Shown here piece after piece: positions 47,267-57,790 of a DNA stretch of 64,000 nucleotides. The stretch is from Deltaproteobacteria bacterium (lineage in GTDB: Bacteria; Desulfobacterota; JAENJC01): contig JAUSKU010000033.1 of the NCBI GenBank assembly GCA_030646755.1, positions 28 through 64,027 on the forward strand, given 5' to 3'. The notes beneath the pieces are model-generated. The model saw nothing but the letters and a program-made list of their open reading frames with translations, was not told the DNA's origin and did no database searches. The first letter of the stretch is position 1; each line of letters begins with the position of its first letter. The translations under genes and the position numbers were made by a program.

Positions 47267-47374
47267 ATGTGTGATGATACAAAGAAGTATACCTATATAT
47301 GTTATGACTGCGAGGCTGAGGCTGATGAGCCGAGGGAATGTTGCGGCAAGCCTATGGTAAGGATGAACGACTAA
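47267..47374 (+). CDS. 35-aa desulforedoxin-like peptide; missing from the ORF track
   Basis: GGGGGTG RBS; MCDDTKKYTYICYDC...ECCGKPM. Confidence 0.65.
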   Translation: MCDDTKKYTYICYDCEAEADEPRECCGKPMVRMND

Positions 47375-47423
47375 AATATTGTTAGGCAGTTCAATCAAAC
47401 CCATAAACCTAAAGGAGAACGAT

Positions 47424-48827
47424 ATGAACAGAAAGCAAAATTACCAACTCGAAAGGAGTGCCGTGAAAACGAGGCCCATAATACATCGGTACTCGATGGC
47501 GTTTGCCGCAGTGTTGGTTGTTTGCGGTGCGGGAACGGTTTCCGCCGCCGAAGAAGACTTCACCTCTCTGGTCAGCCGACTACAGAAAGAGAAACCAGCT
47601 TTCGCCAAACGTCATCAGGAGCTGCTCTCGGAGCGCTATGACCTTGCCGACCGCACCGCACAGGGCGTCACGATGTCCGGCGGCAAGCCGGTGCAGGAGG
47701 GGGTGCGCGTGAGGCTGCCCAAGGACATGACGTGGGAGAAGCTCGCCGCCATGTCGCCGGAAGATATCGAGACAAAGAACCTCTGGCCAGCCGGCTTTTT
47801 CCCCTTGCCGCATCCTCATCACGAAGCGGGTGGCATGCTGTTCCCGCAGCCGCTCATTGACGAAACCAAGCTCCAGACCGGGCGCGACCTGACGCGCTTT
47901 GACCTCGACTTCGACTTTCCGAAACATCTCGTGCCCGAGTTCCCTGCGCCAATGTATCTGACAACGCGGCCGGATTTGGGCGATGTGTCACGCGGCCAGC
48001 TCGTCACGCTGAACAACTACTATGACCTGTTCAAAGATGTTCTGAATCCCAAGCAGCTCGAAGGTGTGCGGTTGCTGGTCACGCCGTTTGCCCAGGCTCA
48101 GTTCAACGCCACCGATGACCGGCGCAGCCTCAAGGCTTCCCAGGGCGTTGCCTGTTTTGACTGCCACGCCAACGGCCATACGGACGCGGCCACGCACACA
48201 GTCGGGGACATCCGCCCGAACGAGCACCGTCATCGCATTGATACCCCTTCGCTGCGGGGCGTCAACATCCAGCGTCTCTTCGGTTCCCAGCGTGCCCTGA
48301 AAACCGTGGAAGACTTCACCGAGTTCGAACAGCGCGCCGCCTATTTCGACGGCGACCCTGCACAGGCCACGCGCAAAGGCGTAAACATCCTCGAGCGCGG
48401 CAGCCAGGTTCACTTCATGAGCGAATTTGAGGCGCTTCTCGACTTCCCGCCCGCGCCCAAGCTTAACGTTTTTGGCAAGCTCGACCAGGCCAAGGCCAGC
48501 GAAGCCGAGTTGCGCGGACAGACGCTATTTTTTGGTAAGGCCCAATGTGCCACATGCCACACGCCGCCCTATTACACGGACAACACCATGCACAACCTGC
48601 GCGTCGAACGCTTCTTCAACGAGAAGATGATCAATGGTCGGAAGGCCAGCGTCGATGGCCCCATCAAGACCTTTCCGTTGCGCGGCATCAAGGACTCGCC
48701 GCCGTATCTGCACGACGACCGGCTGCTGACGCTCGATGACACAGTCGAGTTCTTCAACCTCGTCTTGGAATTGAAGCTGAATGACCGGGAGAAGAAGGAC
48801 TTGGTAGCGTTCATGAGGGCGCTGTAA
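47424..48827 (+). CDS. Dihaem cytochrome c peroxidase-superfamily protein
   Basis: CFDCH, DTPSLRG, G..LF.GKA.CATCH, IKT..LRGI..SPPYLHD. Confidence 0.8.
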   Translation: MNRKQNYQLERSAVKTRPIIHRYSMAFAAVLVVCGAGTVSAAEEDFTSLVSRLQKEKPAFAKRHQELLSERYDLADRTAQGVTMSGGKPVQEGVRVRLPKDMTWEKLAAMSPEDIETKNLWPAGFFPLPHPHHEAGGMLFPQPLIDETKLQTGRDLTRFDLDFDFPKHLVPEFPAPMYLTTRPDLGDVSRGQLVTLNNYYDLFKDVLNPKQLEGVRLLVTPFAQAQFNATDDRRSLKASQGVACFDCHANGHTDAATHTVGDIRPNEHRHRIDTPSLRGVNIQRLFGSQRALKTVEDFTEFEQRAAYFDGDPAQATRKGVNILERGSQVHFMSEFEALLDFPPAPKLNVFGKLDQAKASEAELRGQTLFFGKAQCATCHTPPYYTDNTMHNLRVERFFNEKMINGRKASVDGPIKTFPLRGIKDSPPYLHDDRLLTLDDTVEFFNLVLELKLNDREKKDLVAFMRAL

Positions 48828-48891
48828 GCGGCGCTTCATCGAAGATGCAGAGGCCACACAAGGCCTAACTGAACCAATAACTGAAAGGGGA

Positions 48892-50358
48892 ATGACCATG
48901 AAAGACGAGAAGAAGAAACTGACTACCAGAAACGGCGCCCCCGTTGTGGACAACCAGAACGTCATGACAGCTGGACCGCGAGGGCCGCAGCTACTGCAGG
49001 ATGTCTGGTTTCTCGAGAAACTGGCCCACTTCGACCGGGAGGTGATTCCCGAGCGGCGGATGCACGCCAAGGGGTCGGGGGCTTACGGTACCTTCACCGT
49101 CACCCATGACATCACCAAGTACACCAGGGCCAAGATCTTCTCCGAGGTGGACAAGAAGACCGATATGTTCCTCCGTTTTTCCACGGTAGCCGGCGAGCGC
49201 GGTGCCGCCGACGCCGAGCGGGACATCCGGGGCTTTGCCATGAAATTCTATACCGAGGAAGGCAACTGGGATTTGGTGGGCAACAACACGCCCGTTTTCT
49301 TCCTGCGCGATCCGCTGAAGTTCCCCGATCTCAACCATGCAGTGAAACGCGATCCACGCACCAATATGCGCAGCGCCAAGAACAACTGGGATTTTTGGAC
49401 ATCACTGCCGGAGGCGTTGCACCAGGTTACCATAGTCATGAGCGATCGCGGCATTCCTGCCACCTATCGCCACATGCACGGTTTCGGCAGCCATACCTTC
49501 AGCTTCATTAACGCCAAGAAAGAGCGGTACTGGGTCAAGTTCCACTTCAAGACCCAGCAGGGGATCAAAAACCTGACCAATCAGGAGGCTGAGGCACTTA
49601 TCAGCAAGGACCGGGAAAGCCACCAGCGCGACCTCTACGAGAGCATCAAGAAGGGGGACTTCCCCCGCTGGACCTTGTATATCCAGGTGATGCCAGAGAA
49701 GGACGCGGCAAAGTGCCCCTACAACCCATTCGACCTTACCAAGGTGTGGTTCCACAAGGAGTATCCTCTCATAGAAGTGGGGGTGCTGGAGCTGAGCCGC
49801 AACCCTGAAAACTACTTTGCCGAGGTGGAGCAAGCGGCCTTCAACCCGGCCAACGTCGTACCCGGCATCGGCTTCTCGCCAGACAAGATGCTTCAGGGAC
49901 GTCTTTTCTCCTACGGCGATGCACAGCGTTACCGGCTCGGGGTGAACCATCACCAGATCCCCGTCAACGCCCCCCGCTGCCCTTACCACAGTTTCCACCG
50001 CGACGGCGCAATGCGGGTGGACGGCAATTACGGCAGCACTCTTGGGTACGAACCCAACAGTTACGGCGAGTGGCAGGAGCAGCCGGATTTCGCCGAACCG
50101 CCTCTGAGCCTGGAAGGGGCCGCGGACCACTGGAACCACCGCGTGGATGAGGATTACTACTCCCAGCCCGGCAAGCTCTTCCGCCTGATGAGCGCCGACC
50201 AGCAGAAGGTCCTCTTTGAAAACACCGCCCGCGCCATGGGCGATGCGCCCAAGGAGATCAAAATTCGCCACATCGGCAATTGTCTGAAGGCCGACCCGGC
50301 CTATGGCAAGGGGGTTGCAGACGCACTTGGAATTCCGCTGAGCGAAGTTCCAAAGTAA
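48892..50358 (+). CDS. katA: Monofunctional haem catalase
   Basis: [49 protein letters not shown]. Confidence 0.97.
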   Translation: MTMKDEKKKLTTRNGAPVVDNQNVMTAGPRGPQLLQDVWFLEKLAHFDREVIPERRMHAKGSGAYGTFTVTHDITKYTRAKIFSEVDKKTDMFLRFSTVAGERGAADAERDIRGFAMKFYTEEGNWDLVGNNTPVFFLRDPLKFPDLNHAVKRDPRTNMRSAKNNWDFWTSLPEALHQVTIVMSDRGIPATYRHMHGFGSHTFSFINAKKERYWVKFHFKTQQGIKNLTNQEAEALISKDRESHQRDLYESIKKGDFPRWTLYIQVMPEKDAAKCPYNPFDLTKVWFHKEYPLIEVGVLELSRNPENYFAEVEQAAFNPANVVPGIGFSPDKMLQGRLFSYGDAQRYRLGVNHHQIPVNAPRCPYHSFHRDGAMRVDGNYGSTLGYEPNSYGEWQEQPDFAEPPLSLEGAADHWNHRVDEDYYSQPGKLFRLMSADQQKVLFENTARAMGDAPKEIKIRHIGNCLKADPAYGKGVADALGIPLSEVPK

Positions 50359-50418
50359 AAAAAAGGTATTAAGGTAATTTAAAAATAAAAACCAAAAGCA
50401 AATCTATGGGGGTGAAAT

Positions 50419-50610
50419 ATGGAATGGATAGACTTTCTAAAAGTGATGATCGTGGATGAAAAGGGCGCCATAGTCAAGTATAAGCAGGCGGCTGCGAGTG
50501 CTACTGATCCTGGTCTCAAGAAGATGTTCACTGAGATGATGGAAGAGGAGAAGATCCACGTTAACATTATTGAAGACAAGATCGAGCAGTTAAAGAAAAA
50601 GAATAAATAG
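50419..50610 (+). CDS. Half ferritin-like (two-helix) protein
   Basis: DEKGA..KY and EEEKIH. Confidence 0.75.
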   Translation: MEWIDFLKVMIVDEKGAIVKYKQAAASATDPGLKKMFTEMMEEEKIHVNIIEDKIEQLKKKNK

Positions 50611-50622
50611 GAGGTAATTAAG

Positions 50623-50763
50623 ATGGCAGTATGGGTGTGTGAAAAGTGCGGTTGTAAGGCAGAAGCCCGGTGCAGGCCGCAGAAGTGTGAAAAGTGCGGG
50701 GCCGGGAAGGACGCCTTTAAGTCAGAAAAACAAGAAACCAAAAAGGGAGGTAAGTGCAAATGA
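50623..50763 (+). CDS. 46-aa rubredoxin-like protein (RCxP-type); missing from the ORF track
   Basis: GGAGG RBS; MAVWVCEKCG..EARCRPQKCEKCG. Confidence 0.8.
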   Translation: MAVWVCEKCGCKAEARCRPQKCEKCGAGKDAFKSEKQETKKGGKCK

Positions 50764-51248
50764 AAAAGTGGAGATGTCTTGTATGCGGTTTTATTCATGA
50801 GGGAGAGAATCCCCCGGTAAGGTGTCCTGTCTGCGAGGCGCCTGCAAGCAAGTTTGAAGAGGTTGGGGCAGGTGAGGGCGAAACTGCAAAAAACCTCTGT
50901 GCCAACTGGGATGGAGAGACCGAAGAGGTAGGGATGTACCTTGCCTTTGCACGAAAGGCTGAAGAGGAAGGCCACCCGGAGGTTGCCCAGGCCTTCGAGA
51001 AGCTGGCCATGGAAGAGGCATGGCATGCAGCCGATGTCTACAGGCACCAGGGGAAGGTTAAATCAACAAAGGAGAACCTTCAGTGGAGGGCAGAGGCAGA
51101 GAGGGGAGCAGAAAAAGGAAAGGCTGCGTGTGCCGAGGCTGCCATGAAGGAAGGGCTTGCACCGGTTGCAGGCTGGTTTCTTCGCGCATCGGGGGATGAG
51201 GGAAGACATGCGGCGGTGTTTGAGGGGCTGCTGAAGAGGTATTTCTAA
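50760..51248 (+). CDS. Reverse rubrerythrin-like protein (N-terminal rubredoxin plus ferritin-like domain)
   Basis: WRCLVCG..CPVC; GE..E..MY..FA..AEEEG, EEAWHA, DEGRHA. Confidence 0.85.
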   Translation: MKKWRCLVCGFIHEGENPPVRCPVCEAPASKFEEVGAGEGETAKNLCANWDGETEEVGMYLAFARKAEEEGHPEVAQAFEKLAMEEAWHAADVYRHQGKVKSTKENLQWRAEAERGAEKGKAACAEAAMKEGLAPVAGWFLRASGDEGRHAAVFEGLLKRYF

Positions 51249-51302
51249 ACTAATTATTGCTGCGGGATCAAATTTTTTAACGAGAAAGGGGAATGTCCAA
51301 AC

Positions 51303-52304
51303 ATGTTTAAGAAATTTATGGGTGTTGTGACAGCATCGGTGATTGCCTTTACCGGTGGTTATGCCATTGCAGGGACAGGACACGATTACTCTACAACTCA
51401 CTCAGTACCTAAGGTGAATGGCAGGGTCATAATCGCCAAATCTAAAATGGAGCAACCGCCGAAGGACAAATCGAAGATTAAAACCTTTGTCCTGGACGTG
51501 GAAAGTTTTGAGTTAGAACTTCTCCCTGGGGTGAAGACAGAGGCCTGGGGATTTAAGCCGGAGGGAGGGAGGCCGTCGGTTCCCGGTCCGGAGATAAGGG
51601 TTAAGGAAGGGGACTATGTCCGGGTAATATTGAAGAACACCCATGCTCTTCCCCATACTATTCACTTTCATGGCGTAGACACCCCTTTTGACATGGACGG
51701 CGCCGATACCACTCAGGCAGAGGGCATTCCTAACGGGGAGACCTTTATTTATGAGTTCTATGCCAAGGTTCCTGGAACCCATTTCTATCATTGCCATTAT
51801 CAGACCTTTCTACACCTGAATATGGGGATGTACGGGGCCTTTATTGTAGAGCCCAGGAAGCCGGACAAGGTGAAGGCCGATAAGGAAGCAACCCTTATTC
51901 TGGATGAATGGAGGGTCGGTGAAGACGAGGATAATTTCGCCCTCAAAAACAACTGGCCGTACGGTTACAATTACTTTACCATCAACGGGAAGGCCGAACC
52001 CGCTACAGAGGCCATAGAACTCAAGAAGGGCCAATCCGTCAAGATCAGGTTGATCAACGCCGGGGATATGTCACATACAATGCATCTTCACGGGCACAAA
52101 TTTTTGGTCACCCATACAGACGGCATAGAGTTGAGTGCCCCTTATTGGAAAGACTCCCTTTCCATTGGACCGAGCGAGAGGTACGATATCGTGATGAAGG
52201 CCGACAACGAGAGCGGCGTCTGGATGTTCCATGATCACGTTATGCCGGCAGCTACGAACAACGGCCAATATCCAGGGGGAATGACGATGCATATCAAGTA
52301 TTAG
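51303..52304 (+). CDS. Secreted two-domain multicopper oxidase
   Basis: Signal peptide; HTIHFHG, YHCH....HLNMGM, HTMHLHGH, WMFHDH. Confidence 0.85.
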   Translation: MFKKFMGVVTASVIAFTGGYAIAGTGHDYSTTHSVPKVNGRVIIAKSKMEQPPKDKSKIKTFVLDVESFELELLPGVKTEAWGFKPEGGRPSVPGPEIRVKEGDYVRVILKNTHALPHTIHFHGVDTPFDMDGADTTQAEGIPNGETFIYEFYAKVPGTHFYHCHYQTFLHLNMGMYGAFIVEPRKPDKVKADKEATLILDEWRVGEDEDNFALKNNWPYGYNYFTINGKAEPATEAIELKKGQSVKIRLINAGDMSHTMHLHGHKFLVTHTDGIELSAPYWKDSLSIGPSERYDIVMKADNESGVWMFHDHVMPAATNNGQYPGGMTMHIKY

Positions 52305-52372
52305 GCCGCTATAGGTTGGGGCTGAGGCGGCATCTAACAGTGCAAAAAACAAGTGTTTAAAAAGGTGAGACA

Positions 52373-52942
52373 ATGAAAGTACTGGCATTTCAGAGCAGTC
52401 CCAGGGTGGATGGAAATACCGATATACTCCTGAAAGAAACACTGAAGGCGGTAAGTAAATCGGGCCACGACGTCAGAGTGTTTAGACTCAACGCCATGAA
52501 CATAAAGCCCTGCCAGGATTGCGGAGGGTGTAACAATACAGGCGTATGCACAGTAAAAGACGACATGGATGAGATTTATGGCGCCATAAGAGAGGCGGAC
52601 AGAGTAATCCTCGCCTCTCCCATCTTCTTTTTTAACCTGAGTGCCCAGGCAAAGATAATGATAGACAGATGCCAGTCGTTCTGGTGCGAGAAATATCTAT
52701 TGAAAAGACCGATCCCCGGAGGTCCGTATGGGAGAAAAGGGCTGTTGTTACTTGTCGGCGGTATGAAAAAAGAGACAGAGATCCAATGCTCAGAGGCAAC
52801 GGCCAAGGTATTCTTCAGGTCAATAAGCGTTCCTGAGCATGAGATGTTGAGTTTTACAGGCGTTGATGCCAAAGGCGCAATCCTTGAGCATCCAACGGCG
52901 CTAAAAGATGCTTATATGGCGGGGAAAAAGCTGGTTACTTAA
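52373..52942 (+). CDS. Iron-sulfur flavoprotein (Isf/flavodoxin-like)
   Basis: SSPR..GNT, CQDCGGC....C, DDM, ASPIFF, IDR. Confidence 0.85.
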   Translation: MKVLAFQSSPRVDGNTDILLKETLKAVSKSGHDVRVFRLNAMNIKPCQDCGGCNNTGVCTVKDDMDEIYGAIREADRVILASPIFFFNLSAQAKIMIDRCQSFWCEKYLLKRPIPGGPYGRKGLLLLVGGMKKETEIQCSEATAKVFFRSISVPEHEMLSFTGVDAKGAILEHPTALKDAYMAGKKLVT

Positions 52943-52977
52943 AAAATAAATATTAAAAGAAAGGGGGTGAAATATAA

Positions 52978-53352
52978 ATGACAGAGAGATTACAGATCTA
53001 TAAGTGCGAAAGCTGCGGAAACATGGTGGAGATAATCCATAACGGTGCAGGGGAGTTGGTGTGTTGCGGCCAGCCCATGAAGCATTACGAAGAAAACACG
53101 GTTGATGCATCCAGGGAAAAACATGTCCCTGTTATCGAGAAGATCGAAGGAGGCTTTAAGGTGAAGGTCGGCAGCGTCCCCCACCCTATGGAGGAAAAGC
53201 ATTACATAGAGTGGATTGAGGTTATTGCAGACGGGAAGGCCTATCGCCAGTTTCTGAAGCCGGGAGATGCGCCTGAGGCGATATTTAAGATTGATGCCTC
53301 AAGCATCACCGCAAGGGAGTATTGCAACCTTCACGGACTATGGAAAAGTTGA
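52978..53352 (+). CDS. dfx: Desulfoferrodoxin (2Fe superoxide reductase)
   Basis: [37 protein letters not shown]. Confidence 0.95.
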   Translation: MTERLQIYKCESCGNMVEIIHNGAGELVCCGQPMKHYEENTVDASREKHVPVIEKIEGGFKVKVGSVPHPMEEKHYIEWIEVIADGKAYRQFLKPGDAPEAIFKIDASSITAREYCNLHGLWKS

Positions 53353-53410
53353 CGGATTTGACAAGGACTGATTCCCTATTAAAATAAAAAAAGAGAAGGG
53401 AGGTGCTACT

Positions 53411-54016
53411 ATGACAGAAGTATGTTGTAATGTAGGGGCAATAGTCCCTAATTTTAAGATGGAGACCTATGAGCCTTCAAAAGGGGATTTCGGCGAGATC
53501 AGCCTTGAGACCCAGATGGCAAACAAGAAGTGGACCCTCCTATTTTTCTATCCAGCGGACTTTACATTTGTCTGAGCAACCGAATTTGCTGCTCTGGCAG
53601 AGCAGTACGACAGGTTCAAAAAGATGGGTGCCGAGGTGATAACGGTCAGCACCGATACCAAGTTTGTCCACCTGGCATGGCAAAGGGATGAGAAGGACCT
53701 TGCAAACGTGAAATTCCCCATGGGTTCCGATGGAGGGGGAAAGCTGGCAAGGATGTTCGGGGTCTACGATGAGGCTACTAGCCTTGCCTTGAGGGGGACA
53801 TTTATCATAAACCCTGAAGGGAAGCTGTTGAATGCGGAAGTCAACTATTACAACCTCGGAAGGAATATTGACGAACTGATGAGGAAGTTCAAGGCAAACC
53901 TTTATCTCCAGAAGCATGAAACAAAGGCATGCCCCTCAAAATGGAAGGAGGAAGGGGACAAGACCCTCACGCCTTCAGTAAAGCTGGTCGGCAGGGTCCA
54001 TGAGGCATTGGAATAA
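53411..54016 (+). CDS. ahpC: AhpC-type peroxiredoxin with selenocysteine at the peroxidatic position
   Basis: In-frame TGA at 53573-53575 within YPADFTFV-U-ATEF; resolving ACP..W; SECIS hairpin; selB in the window. Confidence 0.88.
53580..53617 (+). promoter_or_regulatory. Bacterial SECIS element
   Basis: CTGCTCT-GGC-AGAGCAG upper stem with a G-rich loop about 20 nt after UGA; GAATTT/AGGTTC lower stem. Confidence 0.75.
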
Positions 54017-54076
54017 AATGGTTACTTTAGGGGCAAGGCATGCCTTGCCCCTACTTTGCTTGATCTTGGGGAATAA

Positions 54077-54844
54077 ATGACGTTCCGATTACTCTCTATA
54101 ACACTAATCTTGTGGGCATCTATATTTTCAGGTGGTACAGAGGCAGGCGAAAGATCCGCTGTCCTTTTTGATCAGGGACACGGCCAGAGGTTCTTGGTTG
54201 AAAAGACCGGGCCTCTCGACCTCTCAAACCTCTCTGAACTGTTTAAGCAAAAAGAGTTTTCTGTCAAGAGCAGTAAGACAACGCTTTCAAATGAGGTACT
54301 GTCTGACGCTGCTTCCCTTGTAATATCCGGGCCGTTTATCCCTTTTTCAGCAGAGGAGATAGACTCTATCGTTAATTTTATAGAGAGAGGCGGAAGGCTT
54401 TGTATCATGCTCCACATAGGGGCGCCTGTAGCAGAGCTTCTGCACCGTCTTGGAGTTGACGTTTCTAACAGCGTGGTTCGCGAGAGAGAAGGGGTTATCG
54501 AGAGCGAGCCTTTAAATTTTCATGTTACGAGACTGGCAAATCATGACCTAAACAAAGGTTTAAAGCAGTTTAATATTTATGGCGGCTGGGCACTTGTGAA
54601 TACCGGCGACAATGCCGCGATTATTGCTGAAACAAGCCCTACCTCCTGGGTGGACCTGAACGGCGACAAGAAGTTTTCCGCAGGAGATGCGGTCCAATCC
54701 TTTGGGGTTGCTGTTGCAGGGACGATAGGCAAAGGTAAATTCGTTGTCTTTGGCGATGACGCCATCTTCCAGAACAAGTTCCTTGACGAAGTGAATATCC
54801 TCCTTGGGAAGAATCTGGTGGAGTGGTTGACAGAAGGTAACTGA
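54077..54844 (+). CDS. Secreted hypothetical protein (DUF4350/GATase-like fold)
   Basis: Signal peptide; VLFDQGHG, EI..I..FI..GG.L, GKG.FVVFGDDAIFQN. Confidence 0.65.
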   Translation: MTFRLLSITLILWASIFSGGTEAGERSAVLFDQGHGQRFLVEKTGPLDLSNLSELFKQKEFSVKSSKTTLSNEVLSDAASLVISGPFIPFSAEEIDSIVNFIERGGRLCIMLHIGAPVAELLHRLGVDVSNSVVREREGVIESEPLNFHVTRLANHDLNKGLKQFNIYGGWALVNTGDNAAIIAETSPTSWVDLNGDKKFSAGDAVQSFGVAVAGTIGKGKFVVFGDDAIFQNKFLDEVNILLGKNLVEWLTEGN

Positions 54845-54908
54845 TTTTGCTTGACTCCGGTTTCAATTTAGGACTAAAATCACCCTAATACTCTTTTTTG
54901 GGGATTAA

Positions 54909-55349
54909 GTGCTTCAATTAACAAGAGACGGTGAATATGCGGTTAGGGCGGTAGTTTATCTGGCGGCCCAGCCGGAAGGAAAGATTTCCCTCATAAGCGA
55001 GATATCTGAGGTCCAGGAGGTTCCAAAGAGCTACCTTTCAAAGATAATGCAGCACCTTGTTCGGTCCGGACTTGTTAGATCCCGTCGCGGGGCCAAGGGA
55101 GGTTTTGTTCTGGCCCGTCCTGCAGATCAGATAACCTTGCGCCAAACTATAGAGGCCCTTGAAGGCCAGATTCACCTAAATGTTTGCCTCATAAAGAAGG
55201 GGGAGTGCCACAGAGATGATCTTTGCCCTGTCCATCCGGTTTGGAAAGAGGCTCAGCGGGTTCTTATTGAAGTGCTGGATAGCAAGACCATGGCAGACTT
55301 GGCAAGGGATGCAGAAGAGATTAAGAGGAACAGTAAAAAAGCAGGCTAA
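54909..55349 (+). CDS. Rrf2-family transcriptional regulator with three Cys residues
   Basis: EYAVRA, YLSKI, SRRG.KGGF.LAR, C......C.....C; GTG start. Confidence 0.9.
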   Translation: MLQLTRDGEYAVRAVVYLAAQPEGKISLISEISEVQEVPKSYLSKIMQHLVRSGLVRSRRGAKGGFVLARPADQITLRQTIEALEGQIHLNVCLIKKGECHRDDLCPVHPVWKEAQRVLIEVLDSKTMADLARDAEEIKRNSKKAG

Positions 55350-55374
55350 CAGCTATAACTGCCGCCTGCTTTTT
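55335..55374 (+). terminator. Terminator-like hairpin after the Rrf2 gene
   Basis: AAAGCAGGC...GCCTGCTTT followed by a T-rich tract. Confidence 0.55.
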
Positions 55375-55538
55375 CTTTTATCTTTTTGAGGATTAAAAAG
55401 GTCTTTTTAGCTTTTTTATTGTTGCGGTTGTTGCATTTTGACCTAATATTATATATGAAAGGAGGTGAGTATGGCGGTTTTAAGTTCTTCTTTATTCAGT
55501 AGTCGTTTTCTGACAGCAACATTCTATAGGAGGTATTT

Positions 55539-56942
55539 ATGGCAGTAGAAACAGCGACAATTTATGATGACGAGATTGTAAAAAAATTTGCAATCATGTC
55601 TGTTGTCTGGGGTATCGTGGGAATGCTGGTAGGAGTCATTGCTGCAGCCCAGCTGGCTTTTCCTGTCCTGAACTTTGATATCCCATATCTTACGTTTGGA
55701 AGGATAAGGCCCCTTCATACCAATGCGGTGATATTTGCATTTGGCGGTAGCGTTCTTTTCGCGGCAATGTACTATTCTGTTCAGAGGACATGCAGAGTCA
55801 GGCTTTTCAGCGACGCCCTCTCAAATTTCACATTCTGGGGATGGCAGCTAATCATAGTCCTTGCCGCTGTTACGCTCCCTTTGGGAATAACGGGAGGCAA
55901 GGAATATGCAGAGCTTGAGTGGCCTATAGACATCTTGATAGCGATTGTCTGGGTTGCCCTGGGTATAAATTTCTTCGGTACCCTCTGGAAGAGGAAGGAG
56001 AACCACATATACGTCGGGAACTGGTTCTTCATGGCGATGATCATAACCACAGCAGTCCTGCATATATTCAACTCCATGGCCCTCCCGGTAAGCTTCTTCA
56101 AGTCTTACTCTGCATACGCAGGGCTACAGGACGCAATGGTTCAGTGGTGGTATGGCCATAATGCAGTCGGATTCATCCTGACTGCCGGGTTTCTTGGGAT
56201 AATGTACTATTTCCTTCCCAAGCAGGCCCAGCGCCCGATTTACAGCTACAGACTTTCCATCCTCCACTTCTGGACACTGATATTCCTCTATATCTGGGCA
56301 GGTCCGCATCACCTCCTTTACACGACGCTTCCTGACTGGACCCAGACCCTCGGGATGACCTTCAGTATCATGCTGCTTGTACCATCCTGGGGTGGAATGG
56401 TCAACGGACTCATGACCCTTAAAGGGGCATGGGACAAGCTCAGGACAGACCCTATTCTCAAGTTTATGGTTGTCGCTATTTCTTTCTATGGTATGAGCAC
56501 CTTTGAAGGACCTATGATGGCAATAAGGACTGTCAATGCCCTGTCCCATTATACGGACTGGGGGATCGGCCATGTTCACAGCGGTGCTCTTGGATGGGTT
56601 GCCATGATAAGCATCGGGGCACTCTATTACATGATCCCCAGGGTCTTCGGAAAGACCGAGATGCACAGCACCTCGTTGATTAACGCCCACTTCTGGATGT
56701 CCACCATCGGAGTGGTAGTTTACATCGTTGCCATGTGGATATCTGGGATCATGCAGGGGCTGATGTGGAAGGCCGTTAATGCCGACGGGTCATTGACCTA
56801 TACCTTTGCCGAGTCGGTGGCAGCTATGCACCCGTATTACGTGATGAGGCTTATTGGAGGTTTTATATTCTTTAGCGGTATGCTTGTAATGGCGTATAAC
56901 CTCATCATGACTGCCAGGACAGCTGAAAGGAGGGTGGCATGA
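55539..56942 (+). CDS. ccoN: cbb3 cytochrome c oxidase subunit I
   Basis: [40 protein letters not shown]. Confidence 0.97.
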   Translation: MAVETATIYDDEIVKKFAIMSVVWGIVGMLVGVIAAAQLAFPVLNFDIPYLTFGRIRPLHTNAVIFAFGGSVLFAAMYYSVQRTCRVRLFSDALSNFTFWGWQLIIVLAAVTLPLGITGGKEYAELEWPIDILIAIVWVALGINFFGTLWKRKENHIYVGNWFFMAMIITTAVLHIFNSMALPVSFFKSYSAYAGLQDAMVQWWYGHNAVGFILTAGFLGIMYYFLPKQAQRPIYSYRLSILHFWTLIFLYIWAGPHHLLYTTLPDWTQTLGMTFSIMLLVPSWGGMVNGLMTLKGAWDKLRTDPILKFMVVAISFYGMSTFEGPMMAIRTVNALSHYTDWGIGHVHSGALGWVAMISIGALYYMIPRVFGKTEMHSTSLINAHFWMSTIGVVVYIVAMWISGIMQGLMWKAVNADGSLTYTFAESVAAMHPYYVMRLIGGFIFFSGMLVMAYNLIMTARTAERRVA

Positions 56943-57544
56943 AGCACGAAACTATTGAAAAAAACAGCCTCTTGATGGCCATTTTGATTACTATAGTGAT
57001 CAGCGTAGGCGGCCTGGTTGAAATTGTTCCGCTGTTCTTCCTGAAGAGCACAATTCCGCCTCTTGAAGGGGTAAAGCCTTATACCGCGCTGGAGCTGGAA
57101 GGCCGGGATATCTATATAAAGGAAGGCTGCTACAACTGCCACTCCCAGATGATCAGGCCGTTCAGGGCTGAGACAGAGAGATATGGCCCGTATTCCAAGC
57201 CTGCGGAGTCGATGTACGACCATCCTTTCCAGTGGGGCTCCAAGAGGACAGGGCCGGATCTGGCCAGAGTAGGAAAGAAGTACCCTGATTCGTGGCATAT
57301 CCAGCATATGGAAGACCCGAAGAGCATTGTCCCTGAGTCGGTGATGCCGAGGTATCCGTGGCTCGCGAAGACTCGGCTCGATGGAAGCCATATCCAGAAA
57401 AAGATGTCCGTCATGAAGACCCTTGGCGTGCCGTATACGGTTCAGGAAATAACAAATGCCCCTTCCGAGGTCTCAGGGAAGACAGAGCTTGACGCCCTGA
57501 TCGCATACCTTCAGAGCCTTGGAACAGCAGTTAAAAGGCAATAG
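56939..57544 (+). CDS. ccoO: cbb3 oxidase subunit II
   Basis: [23 protein letters not shown]. Confidence 0.96.
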   Translation: MKHETIEKNSLLMAILITIVISVGGLVEIVPLFFLKSTIPPLEGVKPYTALELEGRDIYIKEGCYNCHSQMIRPFRAETERYGPYSKPAESMYDHPFQWGSKRTGPDLARVGKKYPDSWHIQHMEDPKSIVPESVMPRYPWLAKTRLDGSHIQKKMSVMKTLGVPYTVQEITNAPSEVSGKTELDALIAYLQSLGTAVKRQ

Positions 57545-57553
57545 GAGACAGAT

Positions 57554-57697
57554 ATGGATGAACTTCTGGTAATAACCAAGAGCTTTACTACGGTATATTT
57601 TTTCCTGATCTTCTGCGGGATCCTTTTCTGGACCCTGAGAGGGAAGAACAAGGAAAAGCTGGAAGAGTACAGGAATATACCGTTTCAGGAAGAATAA
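57554..57697 (+). CDS. ccoQ: cbb3 oxidase small subunit; missing from the ORF track
   Basis: 47 aa, one TM helix, ending ..EEYRNIPFQEE; lies between ccoO and ccoP. Confidence 0.85.
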   Translation: MDELLVITKSFTTVYFFLIFCGILFWTLRGKNKEKLEEYRNIPFQEE

Positions 57698-57702
57698 AAA
57701 AC

Positions 57703-57768
57703 AGGTAAAGGTATAGGTATAGGTAAAGGTGTAGATTTTCTCTACCTCTACCTTCACCTGTACCTGCC
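57703..57768. repeat. Inverted hexamer tandem repeats (AGGTAW)n / (WCTACC)n
   Basis: Similar element at about 34229-34276. Confidence 0.7.
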
Positions 57769-57790
57769 GTTAAGCTAAGGAGGTTTTAAG

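Noticed and set aside
49402-50271. 289-aa minus-strand ORF and other long antisense ORFs (e.g. 34403-35092, 50379-51047, 33233-33844)
   Set aside because: These are shadows of well-supported plus-strand genes or repeats and show no motifs.
45205-50610. Half ferritins as encapsulin cargo
   Set aside because: There is no encapsulin shell gene in the window and no recognisable targeting peptide.
50761-50763. TGA after the small rubredoxin as a second Sec codon
   Set aside because: It overlaps the next gene's ATG, readthrough gives a short motif-free tail, and no SECIS-like hairpin is seen.
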